Source: Auanema rhodensis (Eukaryota; Animalia; Nematoda). From it: a stretch of 64,000 bases of DNA. Below, piece by piece: positions 26,904 through 40,882 of this stretch. Within the stretch, counting starts at the first letter, position 1, and each line of letters opens with the position of its first letter. The position numbers and the translations under genes were made by a program. The notes beneath the pieces were generated by a model, which searched no databases, had not been told where the DNA came from, and saw nothing but the letters and a program-made list of their open reading frames with translations. The stretch spans positions 11,036,001 through 11,100,000 of the forward strand of contig OZ059896.1 of assembly GCA_964057225.1 (NCBI GenBank), read 5' to 3'.

Positions 26904-29900
26904 CTATCGTGTAATAGCATCCAACCGTGCGGGCCTCTTCGCACTTTGAGAACGTTCATAGATGTCCTCAGAATAAACTACTCCATTCAAAAGATTTTCA
27001 AATGTAGATGCTTTTCTTGGAAAGTACGATTTCACATCTGAAGCTAAAAATTGTTATCCTAGCAGAAATTTTTATAAACAGTATATTACCCATATTACGA
27101 TGTTGTTCTTTATATTTGTTGACTATATTTGTTTGCTTCACTGGTTTAAAATAATTATTTGCCAAGTCCTCTGCTTCGCTTTTATTCAATCTCTGAAAGG
27201 TAATCGATTTATCATATTTCTATGCTATTCCATACCGTTCTCAGTTTTGATCCTTCATCGTCATATTGTGGTCGAATAATAGGTTCTTGCTTCATCGAAT
27301 TTGTGTATCCTGAAAAAGTTGTCGAATCAAAAAGTTTAATTATTTAATGCTCAAGATGAACGTTAGGAAAAAAAAGCAATTTAATGTTTGAGCAAAGTTT
27401 CACAAACCATTTCCAGCGTTAGGTAATACAGTTCTACTCATACTCATCTCAGGCAATATCCACTTTCCTTCATCTTCATTCCATATAGAGTCTTTTTTAA
27501 TTTTTTCAAGATTGTAATAATTACTGTCCTAAATTTTGATATTTTAAATAAGATATGTGATTAATATCATTACCTTTTTAATAGTTGGCTGAATTTTGTC
27601 TAATATTTGAATAAATAATTTTAGTTGCTGATCTTGTTTACGTATTGTTTCCAGGTAATCAAGTCGATCCAATTCAAATTCGCCTTGTAAATCTTCAATA
27701 TCATGCTCTAATGCTTTACACTGAAAAAAAAGCATCGAAAATGTATTTAAACGAATTTTCCCACTCTTTTCTGCTCCTTTTGTAGCTGCTTCATTACTGC
27801 ATCCAATTTTTCTTGAGTTGAATTATAGACTTGAAGTAATGGATCGTCAGTATTAACGTTAAGGGCCGCTGTAAAACAGTTAATATATTCTGAAAAAATT
27901 ATTAACTGTACCTGCTAAACGTTCGCCTTTAGTTTGTGCTTCTTTCAATTTTTTTAATCGTTTTTGTTTTAACTGTTCATTATTAATCTAAAAACAATAT
28001 ATTGCCCATGAATATTCAAGAATACACATTGTCTTACTTGTTCTCCACCTACAAATTGCCCTTGCAATTGTTTCAATTTTTTAGCTGCTTCATCTGGTTC
28101 CATAGTTCCCATACCGTCTAGTTCAGCATTAGCCTAAAATTTTGTGTCATATGCTTGAAATTAGTATTTTATAATATTTTTGAACCTGTTCATAATGCTG
28201 TCTTAGCATTTCTAAGTCTTTTTGTAATTGAACTTTACTAGTTTGTTCCTTCTCATAAGCAATCCTGAATATATATTAGTTCTAATTAGTAGTGAAAGTA
28301 TGTTCTCCTTACCGCATAGAATTCATAGCTTCTTCAAATTCATTTCTAAGCTTTTCTCTTTCTTTATCAATATCAAAGGAATTCGTCACGACAGAAGCAT
28401 CTGAATCATACATTTGTGAAATTATTTTTCAAACTATTGTAAATAAGGTAAAAGTAACCTCCAGCATTCACAAGACTCTTCAATCGTTCAATTTCTTGTT
28501 GGTATTCTCGTAGTAAAGCATCTTTAGGATCCTCATTAATCTTAGGCTTGTTTTTAATATTTTTAGCTCTATTTGCATATCTTAAGTCAAATATAAACTT
28601 TAGTAATTTGATTAAATGAAGCTTTATATTACCTCAGTGTTGATAAAGTTTCATCATAGTTATTATCAGACGGAGAAATGCAAGCAACCATAATTGTCTT
28701 GGTATTACCTCCCAAAGAATCCTAGAATATAAGCCATAATATAAAAAAAAATTTATTAGTTACTTGAAGTAGACGTGTCAATTTACTGTCTCGATATGGT
28801 ATATGTTTGACTTTTCCATCAACTAAGGCAGAAATTACATTTCCCAAAGCGGATAATGATAAGTTGATCTTAGTTGCTTCCTTAAATCGCTCTCCCGTAG
28901 CACCTGATATGTGTGATATATCATATTGTTGATTGTTTGTTAAAAAACAGATTATTACCAGTTTTGGATTGTCTTTCACTGCCAGCTAAATCAACCAAAT
29001 TTAATTTTCCAGTTCTTATGCTTCCACTTTCATTCATTCCTTCAACATATACAGTGAAAATTGAATGACTTCTTGAGGAATCCTGAGAAAAATAGAATGT
29101 ATTTCCTCAAAAACTTTAGAATTTTAAACTTTGTTCATTAATGTGGCTCCAACATGGCGATTACTAAATCCCTTTATCATCATTTCATGACAAGATTTAA
29201 CATCGTGGCAAATATGCATAGACAATCCAGATACATATACACCTTTTTCGGGATTTTCCTGAAAAAATCTTTTGTTTTATATCAAGAGTTGTTAACTACC
29301 TTGATTTCTAGCTTTTGAGTTCTATCTGCTCCCAGAAGATCTCGAACTTCTTCATTATATATCTCCAAATAACTACAATGTATTAGAAATTTTACATTTT
29401 CCGTCGTAGCTGTAGCCACAAAAATGTGTTCGAAAGCTCGTGGAATGACTCCCCTTTGGGCAGCAACATCAGCAACGCCTATGTTTTAGTTTTGTCTACT
29501 AAACGTTTAATGTTCAATCAAAACCTTGCATTGAAAACGTTTTTCCAGATCCTGTTTGTCCATATGCGAATACAGTGCCATTATAACCTTCTATAACATT
29601 CTGAAAAGCAGTAATGAATGAACTATATTCAATAGTATAAAAATGTCAACGATGTTAAATTATAATCAGAATCGAAATTCTTTAAGAGATGACTTAATTG
29701 ATATTAGATATGATATGACAAAAGGGATCAAACATTATTTTCATGTATTACACATATAAACTATATAAATATATTATACATTGATGTTCTAATATATGGG
29801 AAAACATACTTCAACAAGGGGAAAAACAATATCATTATAGATTTGCTCTCCGGTAGAATCCATGTAATAAGCTCCATCAAATGTAAATTCTTTTGGTGGG

Positions 29901-30418
29901 CCTTCTGGTTGAGTTAAAACTACTTGTCCTTGATTACTGTTCATCTCCACACATACCTAGGATATATAAATATATTTATATAAACATTAAACCTTTAATT
30001 TTCAATTTTTGTTCTCAAATTTATAAGTTTAAATTCTTTTTATTCTGCTGAGTGCAGCAATTCATTGAAGCAAAAAGCTTAAAAGGTCTTTTAATGTAAA
30101 ATTAAAGTAAAGAAATGCATGAGTACATATGTAATACACACATAATATTATATAAGCACATATCTATGTATATGTCTGTATATTTTCCATATATTTAGAT
30201 AAATATAAAAATATTTACAAAAATTTTTATAATTTTCATAGTTAATAGACTATGATTAACTATATAAATATTAAATTATATTTATTTTACATCATTCATA
30301 CAGTTTTAAAAGAATAACAGTGTATCATCCATCAACTTACGTCTGAATTTAAGCCTTTCTCTCGGTCGTTTAAAGGACGACATCTTGCTATAACTTTTAT
30401 ATTCTCATTCCCAGTCAT
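26904..30418 (-). CDS. osm-3: Homodimeric kinesin-2 OSM-3 (KIF17 orthologue), IFT motor
   Basis: Motor motifs [55 protein letters not shown] and [14 protein letters not shown]. The stalk contains [23 protein letters not shown] and the tail [13 protein letters not shown], both as recalled for C. elegans OSM-3. Confidence 0.95.
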
Positions 30419-32110
30419 TTTTGCCTATTGATATTAAATTTTATAAAAAAAAATAATTTAAAAATTATACAATACGAATAAAAGAAAAATATGTATCTTT
30501 ATACAAAATTCAGAATATGAAATAATTCAAATATATGAGTAATTATAGAAATCTAATTTCCGCGATAGACATATATCTCTTCCTTTGAAACGGAAACGAA
30601 GGTAATATAAATCTTTTTTAGATATGGTTTGGCCCGGAACTTCAATATATAGCTTTCGGAGTAACAATTAGAAATGTATCTGTTAGTGATTTCAAGATAT
30701 CTAATACGTACATACGTGATATGACATGCTGTAACAGATTTGATTATCGGAATTCATGCTTTACATTTTACATTTCATATAAGCATTTAGTGGACTATTG
30801 ATAAATTTTCTGTGCACAAAAATAGAGAACATGAGAACGAGAGAAAAGTAAAAAAAAAACAAGAGAAACAATTATATAGAAAGATATATATACATATGTA
30901 TATTCATTGAGAAAAAGATATAGAATATATATGAAAAAAAAAGATTAAAAGACAAAAGACAGGGAGATAGATATTACTTGGTATTGGTTCATTATATTAA
31001 ATTTAAATTCAGAATGTGAGAAAATGTGATGTCCAACTTGCCAAAAGATAAGCTTGAAGTTCAAAGTATAAACATTTCAAGCATTCTTTGACAACCTAAC
31101 TCTTATATATTATCATGAAAATAATGAAAAAGTGAGTTTTCTATAACATAAATGAGCTGCTGCTATGAACATGTATCCATTTAATTATATGGCTTCTATT
31201 GATCTGTAGTGGAGGGCTTATATCTCAAAACAATATAACCATACCACATAATATGAAAAAAAGTTAAAAAATACTATACAGTATACTATATACTAAATCC
31301 AAAGTAAACAGACAATATTACATTTTTCCCTTTATGTTTAAATTGATGATGAATCTGAAAAGTATTAAGTAGCTCTATTCATGGCTATAAGTTTGGAATA
31401 AAGTGAAGCTATATTAAATTATGTAAGACAGATTTGATAGAGATTGAAAAGGAAATGGAAAATCCACATGAGAATTAAAAGATAATCTAAATTTAGAGAG
31501 AGGGAGAGAGCCAGCGTCAGGATAATGAAAGTACGGCTATGTCTGAAGGTGAGAGAGAGAGAGAGCTAGAGAATTCTGCGAAGAGCAAAAAAAAATACAA
31601 GAGATACCATAAGAGAGACTAGAAAGAAGGTCAGGAAAACCGACTTACCAACTCAGTCCCACTATGTGTCGTCTGGCAGAAATTGTGTAATCTTGCTACC
31701 CATAGCAACCCGCTGCTGAATTCTCACATGCTTTTAATGAGTTGGGAAACAAACTAAGTTTAAAAAGAATATAAGAGATTCATAATTTAACAAGTACGTG
31801 ATATGATTTTGTGATTTGATTGTTTTATCTCTAGATATTAAAATTTGTTCAAAGTCTTTATTCATTTGACAAAAATTATCAATATTCCGATGCTTACATG
31901 TGAATGTTTCTATATTTTGATATTCGACCAACTTATTCATATATTTAATATTTCAATTTCTGTCGAATTTTCGATAATTATTTTAAAAATATTTTTTTTT
32001 ATATTTGAAAAATACTAATCAATATGGAGGAATGATCAGAAGATGAAACGATAAAACAAACATGCATAAGTATATAGTTGTACATATATGTATATGTACA
32101 TGTGTAACTT

Positions 32111-32113
<3 letters not shown>

Positions 32114-32164
<51 letters not shown>
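32114..32164. repeat. (TA)n microsatellite
   Basis: About 25 uninterrupted TA units. Confidence 0.9.
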
Positions 32165-32166
<2 letters not shown>

Positions 32167-32377
32167 TATACATACAACCCACTTCTTTCATGAATATGGC
32201 CAAAATATATAGTTAATGATATTATAAATCAATGCTTCAGCGCATTTCAAGAAACATACAAATATATAAAAGTACAAATTAAATGGAAAAATGAAAAACG
32301 AATGTCATGTTAGAATTTCAAGTTTATATTCTTTCTGTTCATTTTTGTATTAAAAATTAACTGAAACCATCTATTTT

Positions 32378-34591
32378 CTATTCTCTGCGCACTTTTCTTC
32401 GACGAGGTGCATGATCTTCCTTTGAAACTATTTCTTCATCCTCTGAATCGGTGTCGGATTGTGTCTGGTTGTGTGATTTCGTCTTTGTTAATAACTTCTT
32501 GCGTGGTTCATCTGGCTTAGTATCACAATCAGAATCAGAATCAGATCGAACATCCTTAAAGTCAAGTTTAAAACATGATTAATCAGATAAACAGCGTAGA
32601 AATACGAATGAACGGATAAGAAAAACATACCCCTGCGGCTCCTTGAGTAAGAACTTTGACAACAACTCTATAAATGAGATATGTCCACATAATATGAAGA
32701 CCAAGTAAAATAACTAATAAGAAAATAATAAATCTTGGAACATAAGGAACCTATAATAATTCAAATAAAATAATAATAAATCTATAAGTAGTATGATATA
32801 CCTCAGAAAAATCTAAAAGATCATAATCAGGTTGAATTAAGTCAGCAGCTTCAAATAATGCTGAACGTATAAGAACCAATGGATAATAACCTAAGCGGGT
32901 AACGATCCAACTGAAAAGTTTCAAAAGTTATTATCATTCAATTTAAAATTTTCATATAAATATGATAATATAATCATATATGAGAAAATAAAATAATTAG
33001 TTTACCCTAATAAGAAAACAACAAAAGCAACATTGGTAAGTGTTTTCTGATTACGATCATATCTAGTAAGCTTTCCACCTTCTAGTAATATATCAGCTAC
33101 ATCATGAGAAATCAAAACAAGTGTTCCGACCCTTAATAGAAAATAATAAAAATTTATATTAGAAAACTGAAATTACCTGACAAAATTGATAGTCCAACTA
33201 GCAGCAAGCAAACCAATAGTTACAAAATGATGAATAATCAATTGCCAGAAGTCTGAACGTCGAGTATCAATTAATACTGAGGCGATAAGAAGTGAATAGT
33301 AAAATGCAGTTTCAATAGTATAATACCACCTGGAAATAATTATAATTATAAAATATAAATTTAATGAAAAATGTTTTTTATTCCGATGAAAAATGTTTTT
33401 TATTCCGAAAAAAAAGTTAATTAAGAGCTTAAAATGACCTATTATATATAAATCTTACCAGATAGATTGTGGAACCGGATGAAATGGATATCCAATCCAA
33501 CATTGTTTTACATCCCATAGCCAGCTTTGATCCCATAACACGAAACATCCGTACATGAAGGCCATCGCATAATAACTAAATCTCCAAAAGCATTCCAGAA
33601 CTCTTTTGCCTCTGGTATTTCTAGCAAAACCACCAAATAAATGAGACGAAACCTATATGATTTTTGATCAAAATAATAATAAATTTCTTCTTCTTACTAA
33701 GCTAGGTAAATGAGATTTAGGTCCATAGTATCCTAATATATATCCAAGTGGAACACCAACAAATGATTCCCATAAAATTCTAAAAGAGGAAAGGTTAATA
33801 ATCATTATTTTTTTATAATCTGATACATAAGATAGATATAAGCACATGTATCTATACTATCTTATCTCATATTTTGATTATTTTATATGTTTATGGTCTA
33901 CAATGAATTTATATAAATAAAAAAAGTATAATATTCAAATGTTTTCATATATTTGATTGAAATTAACTTTTTTCTTTTATAAAATGAACTTAAATAGAGA
34001 ACAAAATTTAAAGATTTTCGTTATCGCTCAAAATTTAGTTTTATTTGCCTTTGGAATTTGAAAAAGAGTGAATTTAATCAGACACAGTCTTTGATTATGC
34101 TTATCATTTTTTTGTGGTTAGATTGAAATAAACTATGATTAATAGTTTAAAATGTGGATTTTTCAGTTAGTCATATAGAATATAATATTTAAGATTATTA
34201 TTATTAATAATCAATAATATTTTATAGAATAAAAAGTTGACCTGAATGATATATATATATATATAATAGTACTATCAGTTATCCTCATATTGTCTATATA
34301 TAGGATATGAAAGCAAACATCATTGACAAATAAGAATTAGAAGAATGTTACATTTCGTTTCAAATTCAATATTTAGAATTATATATATATTATAAAATTA
34401 TTCTTAAAATATTATATAGTTATTCGTTAATTTATAAATCAAAAATCACAAATAAAAAAACAAAAAAATTACCTTACGATAACTAATGGAATAGCCAAGT
34501 AGATAGGAAAAATTAAATCATGAAACTTGGGTGGAATTTGATGCCATTCAACATCACGTGGCAGCCATAATGCTGGATCCCAGAAACCCAT
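32378..34591 (-). CDS. hyl-1: Ceramide synthase (LAG1/TLC domain)
   Basis: MGFWDPALWLPRDVEW, LECFWRF, DVKQCWIGYPFHPVP, the Lag1 motif RRSDFWQLIIHHFVT...VGTLVLISHDVADI, DVRSDSDSD and a basic tail RRRKVRRE*. This closely resembles C. elegans HYL-1; assignment to hyl-1 rather than hyl-2 is from recall. Confidence 0.9.
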
Positions 34592-35108
34592 TGAATTTGA
34601 GTCTATACTTATGGTTTAGGTTGTCTGAAAGTTGAAAGTAGAATAACTGTATGGAAAAAGGCTGGGTATACAAGTATATTCTGTTATAAGCAAACATTGT
34701 ATTGACCTATATAAAGCAGGAAATATAACGACGATATGGATAAAAACATCTGACTTCTAATGATTACGTTGGTATCGGACTAATTATGAGTATTTGAATC
34801 CAATTACAAATGATAAAGAACATATATATACATCAAACTCATTGTCTATATATTATGTATGTTTACTGGTATTAACAATTATTAAAATTTGTATCAGGTG
34901 AATGAACGATAAAACGGATTTGTAGTGATTCCGGCTTTAGCTGAAGTGTGCCCGAAAAGACAGGCTATATAGAATGAGCCGGTCGAACACGACATGGAGA
35001 ACTAAAGAGAAAGAAAAGAGAGGGAGAGAGAATGGGAGAGGTAATTAAAAGGAAAGTATGAAAGAGAGGAAGAAAGAAAGAAAGAGAAAGAGAGAAGGTG
35101 AGTGAACA

Positions 35109-35139
<31 letters not shown>

Positions 35140-35610
35140 AAGGGAGAGAGAGGGCAAGAGTGAACAGGATAAAAGGAACGATGGAAAATATTAAATGTTG
35201 AACATAGATGCATCAAGGTATGAATCATAAACGAATAGATAAGTTAGCTAGTGCATATCTAAAAACTTGAGTTTTTAAATAACGTGGTGTGTATTCATAA
35301 TGATGAGTAATAAATATTAGAGCGTTAGTAATTAGAAAATAATTGATGAAATAGAAGAAAATTATTGTTGTTGCTCTATTAACGAATATTCAGTATATAA
35401 TATGAATATACTCAATCATTCAACATCAATATAACCTTTATGAATTGACCATTGAACCATAGCGACAACGTAGCTACGGATACAACTAATGTTTTAGCTT
35501 GAACATCGAAAGTTTTCTTTAAAAAGAAAAAGAAATTATTGAACAGCTGAAGTTATATGAACAGAAAAGAAACATTACAGGGCGTGAAGGGAAATGTGGT
35601 AAAGGGAAAA

Positions 35611-35629
35611 GGGGGGGGGGGGGGGGGGG
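35611..35629 (+). repeat. Poly-G tract (G19), G-quadruplex-competent
   Basis: 19 consecutive G. A second tract (G13) lies at 35810-35822. Confidence 0.9.
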
Positions 35630-36271
35630 CTGGTGAGCAGACGAACACAGAACTGCTTATCGCTCGTTGATGGTGCTCCCCTTGTGTGCGCGTGTGTGCG
35701 CGCTACGAGGTGAGGTGAAGTGAAAAGGGGAATAGAAATAGACAGAGAAGAACAGAGAGCCTGCGAATCGGAAGAAGAAAGAAAGAGGGAGAAGGGAGAA
35801 GGGAAGAGAGGGGGGGGGGGGGTTAGAACATACGACGAACGAACGATATGCATAATATGCAAACAGACAATGTTGAATTCTTTGATATGTTTTTAGATGA
35901 ACTTAAAGGATTAATAAAGATATAATATGGTTGTGTTCTCTTAATTTTAAAGTTTCTAAGGTTAATCAGATTATTATTTATTATTTGTTTAACCAATTTA
36001 ATTAGATCAGTAATATAATATTTATTAAATGAATTGTAAGGTTTCTTATATTGTATTATTATTGAAACCTTTTAAATATATTATATGTGATGATAGTATA
36101 TGAAATAATAATATTAATATTATATGAATAAAAGGATTTCAAATATATATAAAGATCAATTGAATAAAAATATATTTTATTATGTAAAATACTATTTATA
36201 TACATATAAAAAAAAAGGTTTTTTCATGTTAATGCCAAAAATTGAGTAATTAATCATTTGTTTCACTCCTA

Positions 36272-37419
36272 TCAAGCCTTAGCTACTACTGGCTCTTGCA
36301 GCATAGTGATGGTTTGATGAGTTACAGGGATATTAAGTTTGAAAAATGCTTTAATTTCATCTCGTTGAGTTGCAGTTGACTGAAAAAAATTATATGATTA
36401 TTCAATTAACTATTGGAACTGTATGTGTTACCGGAGCTGTGCATACAACAATCTTCGATTTATTTATAGCTCCCTCTTGTCTCTTGATAAGGAATTCAAC
36501 TGTCTTACCTGGCTGGATAGAAGCAAATACTGGTCGTACACGGAAATTATAACATTATGGATTTCAAAATGAAAGTTATGAAAGTCTTTTAAATATATAT
36601 ATATATATATAATAGAATAATTATAATTATATAACAAAAACAAATATTTACCCGAAAAGGTGATTCGAGCAGCACACCTTAATAGCTTGTGCTGTTTTTG
36701 TTGGATTCATTGCGGTAAACTTCTAGATGAAGCAAAAATATAATAGGAAGAAACGTGGTTAAGATCTAAAAACCTGTTCACCGCCACTTTGTTTCCAAAT
36801 CATCCGATGGGTATTGAGTACAACTGAAGACTTTGTATATTATATACATAGATATTAAATAATATATATATATAGTTTACCCACCCTTATTATCCTAAAA
36901 ATAAAGTTTAAATGTTGAATTATAATATTTTTCTTAGTTACCGTCATTTTTTTTTCATTTTTTTCTTTCTTATTTGATAATGCTACCTGCTGTGTTTTTG
37001 CTTCATCCTTACTCTTTTTCTCAACCAATACAGTTTTATATCAAAGATTTTGAAGCTAACCTGATCATCCAATATGTTGATATCGTCTTTCAAACTTTCT
37101 ATCTTTAATATATTAATTTTTAAATAAATAATAAGCAAATACAAAGAAAAACCTGAGTATTATCTAATCCTTTCTCATTAATGTCAGAGAAGCTGATCTT
37201 AAGTGAGCTAGTTTTCTGAAATTGACCATTTTTATTAAATAAAATACAAAATTAATATATATTTTAATAAATAGTTAAATGTTTATGAAGAGAAAAATAA
37301 GAAAAAGAAATGTTTGAGTTGTATTACATTACCTGTCGAGTTTTACATTGAAAAAGTGTCATTGACACAAATATAAACATAAAAGCGCCATTTAAAAACA
37401 TTGACATTAAAAAAAACAT
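36272..37419 (-). CDS. MSP (major sperm protein)-domain protein with N-terminal hydrophobic segment plus QC motif and charged linker
   Basis: MFFLMSMFLNGAFMFIFVSMTLFQCKTRQ, a K/E/D-rich linker, then the MSP-like core MIWKQSGGEQKFTAMNPTKTAQAIKVCCSNHLFGVRPVFASIQPGKTVEFLIKRQEGAINKSKIVV, ending at TGA 36272. The model needs a 10-nt microexon and a CG acceptor. Confidence 0.8.
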
Positions 37420-39398
37420 TATAAAATCTAAATTTGATACTAAATACAAGAAACTAATATTATTTATCAACCTTTAACGATAAATAGTATAACGAACAAC
37501 CGCTTGAGTTTAAAACAAGCGTTTAAATGATTTATTTGCCAACTTATAGCGTAAGATTGTATATCATTTATTAAAAAATTGAAATTTAACTAAAATAATA
37601 GAATAACTCTCCCTTTCATATTGGTAATACATTATCAGAATGGTAAAAAAAGGAAATAAGCTTTCCAATGATCATCATTTATCATGTTTCAATGAACATT
37701 CGAAAAATGTTCTAAAATGAACATGTGAATAAATAAAAAAAATTATATTTAATTGTCAGTTGTAAATAATTTATTTCATTTTTTTGGTGAGCAATTAAGA
37801 TAGTTTTAAACGAGATTCATTATTATAACGTCTATAACAGGAACTGGGTGATGATTTTAGATTTAGCTGTGCTTTCTTTTAAAGGATAGAATACAAATCT
37901 TAATAAAAGATCAAAAATGATAAGAAAATCAAATGATTTTGGTTCACATGTTCACATGTTCTTTCGTCAATTTTCATATTTCATAAATTATATATAATAT
38001 ATATTTAGTTATAAACATATCTAACTGCATACTTATTTTAGAAATATTTTATATATATTTCTTTTTTTTTTTTGTCAGATATCAGGCATTTTTTTTTGCT
38101 GCCTCATCGCATCTCTTCATACATTGTTCGTGTTGTTGTTATTGTTGTTTTGTGGTAAATCTGGCTAAGAATGAACAAAACGATGACAGGATATAAAGAC
38201 TGAAGAAAGCAAGGAAAGAATAGACATCTAGCCATATATAGAAACTGTTTATACATAAGAGAGAACAGACAAAGATATTAACTAGCAACACCTAGAAAAC
38301 TGGTAAAAGGAACAGCTGAAGGGCAAAAGCAGTGGAAGTAGAAGAAGCAACACCATTTGAGAAAAGTATTCCTGAATATATGGATAGGATATGAGAAATA
38401 GAGAAAAAGAGGAGATTGTTATTTGGACAATCCTGAGGTCTAGCCCATCAGATGAGGTGGGTTAATTTGAAGTAAGAAGAACAGAGAAAGAAGCAATCAT
38501 CTATGCAACATTCAGAGAGAGAGAGAGGAAGAGATATTAGGAGAGAGGGAAACAGAAAGAGAGAAAAAGATTGAAAGAGAAAGAGAAAGGGAAAACAGTC
38601 TCTCTATCTGGTTTTTTCTATTGGCACATTTTCTCTCTTCCTTTACCGACTCTCTCTATCTTCGTACATACAACCTAAATCTCTAAATCTTTAACTCGAA
38701 GTTTGAGCACAATATTAGGCATGGGCAATCACTATTTTCTATTATTAAATTATTATCTATATCCTTCTATCTATATATTACATTTTAATTTATTTATTTT
38801 GTTTATGAATGATAGTAAAACTTAAAGTTGAATATGATGTTTTTTCTATTGGTCTTTATTGAACTTTACTTTATATTTAAAAGATTCTAAGAAAGAAAGA
38901 TAACACAAAATGATACTAGAATATATAACTAAATATGAACTTTTTTGTTTGATTTAACTATATTATTCTTTATTTTTTTATGAAAATTAAAATAGTTTTG
39001 ATAATATTTTTCTATTCAATACGATTACTTATTAAAGTTTTTATTTCAATCATAGTACTTTTTTTGTCTTAAAACAATTCTTAATTGAAAGCTGTTCAGC
39101 ATCATCTCTTCTGTCTTTATCTCATTTTTTTCTTTGATTCAATATTATTGTAATATTGATCTTTTTTTTGTATAATGAACTTTTTAAATATTTTTATAAC
39201 AATATAACAAAGAAAAATTATTCTCTATCTATTTATGATTTTATAAAATATATTATAGATTATACAGCCAAATATTTCAACTAACTATTATATATTTTAT
39301 AACAAAAATATTACTTTATTATATCTTATCTTATTCGTATTTTAATTGTTTTATTTATATTTTCTTAACATTATAATGTTTAGATTTATACTAACATA

Positions 39399-39518
39399 AT
39401 GGATGATGTCGTGTCGACGTCGTCATGTAGCTGTGCTGGAAGCTCACATGCCTGTAGTTGTGTGATTGATGTTACCTCACCGGCAACATTGGAAAGGGAT
39501 TTCCATGCATGGTTATTG
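39399..39518 (+). CDS. Probable alternative first coding exon of the npax-like gene
   Basis: tttag acceptor, an ATG, 40 open codons (MDDVVSTSSCSCAGSSHACSCVIDVTSPATLERDFHAWLL) and a phase-0 GTATGT donor compatible with the phase-0 acceptor at 42199. Confidence 0.55.
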
Positions 39519-40882
39519 GTATGTTATTTTGAAATTGTATCTGTGAATGAAAACAGAAAAGAGAAAGACAAGATGTTATCTATTGCTTTTTCTGACTGGT
39601 TTACTTTTAAATCCTGATGTTTCAATGGCTTGGACTAAATGGAAGATTGAGATAGTTGTTAGAATGAAGCAGAGAGAGAGAGAGAGAAAAAAAAAGAAAC
39701 TATATATGAGTATATGAGTAGAAACATATTATTATAAACATAAAACCGAAAAAAACGAAGTAGAAGAGGAGAAGATGATGATGATGATGATGATGATGAT
39801 GAAGCAGTTAAGTAAGGAAATAATAAGTATTACAAGAAGATGACATAATAGATGTGGAGAAAATTCACGTAATGTAAGTGAAAACGACTAAAAGATTATC
39901 AAAAAAGTTGTTGATTGCAACTACAAAAACAGAAAAGAGACCGTTTTCTCTCTTCTGCTTATTCATTTCTACAATCATTTGTCTTAGCTTTATTTTAAAA
40001 GTTATGATAAGGATTCATTAACTATGATTATACACTAATATTCATAATTATATTAATATATGTATGATATGAATATAATATATAAGTTAAATAATTAAAA
40101 TAAATGATAAAAAAGTCTTTATGCTTGATTAAAGCACTATGATTCTTGATGGGAACTGTAAACACAATTGTCCGAAAAAAACCTTATTGTCTGCATGGTA
40201 GTAGTTAATGAAATTTACGTTGTTATACCCGATAAATACACTGCTGCACCTCGTTTTAACATCCTACTTCACCTTTCATGAACTTTTTTCGTTTCTATCT
40301 CCTCAGAAAATTTGTAAAAAAAACACCTCGTTTTCTCTGTCTGATGTTCTTATTTTTCCCTTCTATTTATTCCTCTATTTCACTTCGCTCTTTTGTAAGC
40401 ACTCTCTACCATTAAAGTATCGCATTGTTTCTCTTTCTTCTCACTTCTTTCCTCGTTCATGTTCTATCTCTGTATCTTTCTATCTCTTAATTTCTTAACT
40501 TCTTATTCTTCTCATCTCCCTGTCTACATCTACCATCGTTCTTCCTGGTTTCAACCATTTTTTTCCGTTCTAATGATTCCGAACTTGGGTTGTCAGCTGG
40601 CATCAAGCCTACCGATCAATGAAGTTGTTGAAGCAAGCGTTTACTGAACGGCATCGTCATCAGACAATCATCTATACATTCAGAACAGAAGCAGCAAAAG
40701 TCTTCTACTTCTTCATCATCATCATCATACATATAGACACATAGAAGAAACTTGGCATCTCGAACAGTCGGGTTGCGGTCGTCTATATCATTGCTTTCAT
40801 CACAAAGAAGAATCTATAGCATCGGAATCAACTATTATTTGGTTACCTATCTATCATAACTAGCTATATACAGTAGTCTACC

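Noticed and set aside
26058-26904. osm-3 as the first gene of the hnRNP F/smg-3 operon
   Set aside because: The ~850-bp gap contains a CpG-rich promoter-like patch (26290-26360) and is far longer than typical intercistronic spacing.
27388-27402. TTGAGCAAAGTTTCA resembling miR-87
   Set aside because: The 3' part diverges from miR-87, the fold-back is weak, and it lies antisense in a short osm-3 intron.
33364-33407. 22-bp direct tandem duplication in a hyl-1 intron (similar cases near 21763-21817 and 618-642)
   Set aside because: These are ordinary slippage duplications with no sign of function.
33513-33532. CATAGCCAGCTTTGAT resembling miR-2
   Set aside because: It is the antisense of hyl-1 coding sequence (DQSWLWD), the seed is mismatched and there is no hairpin.
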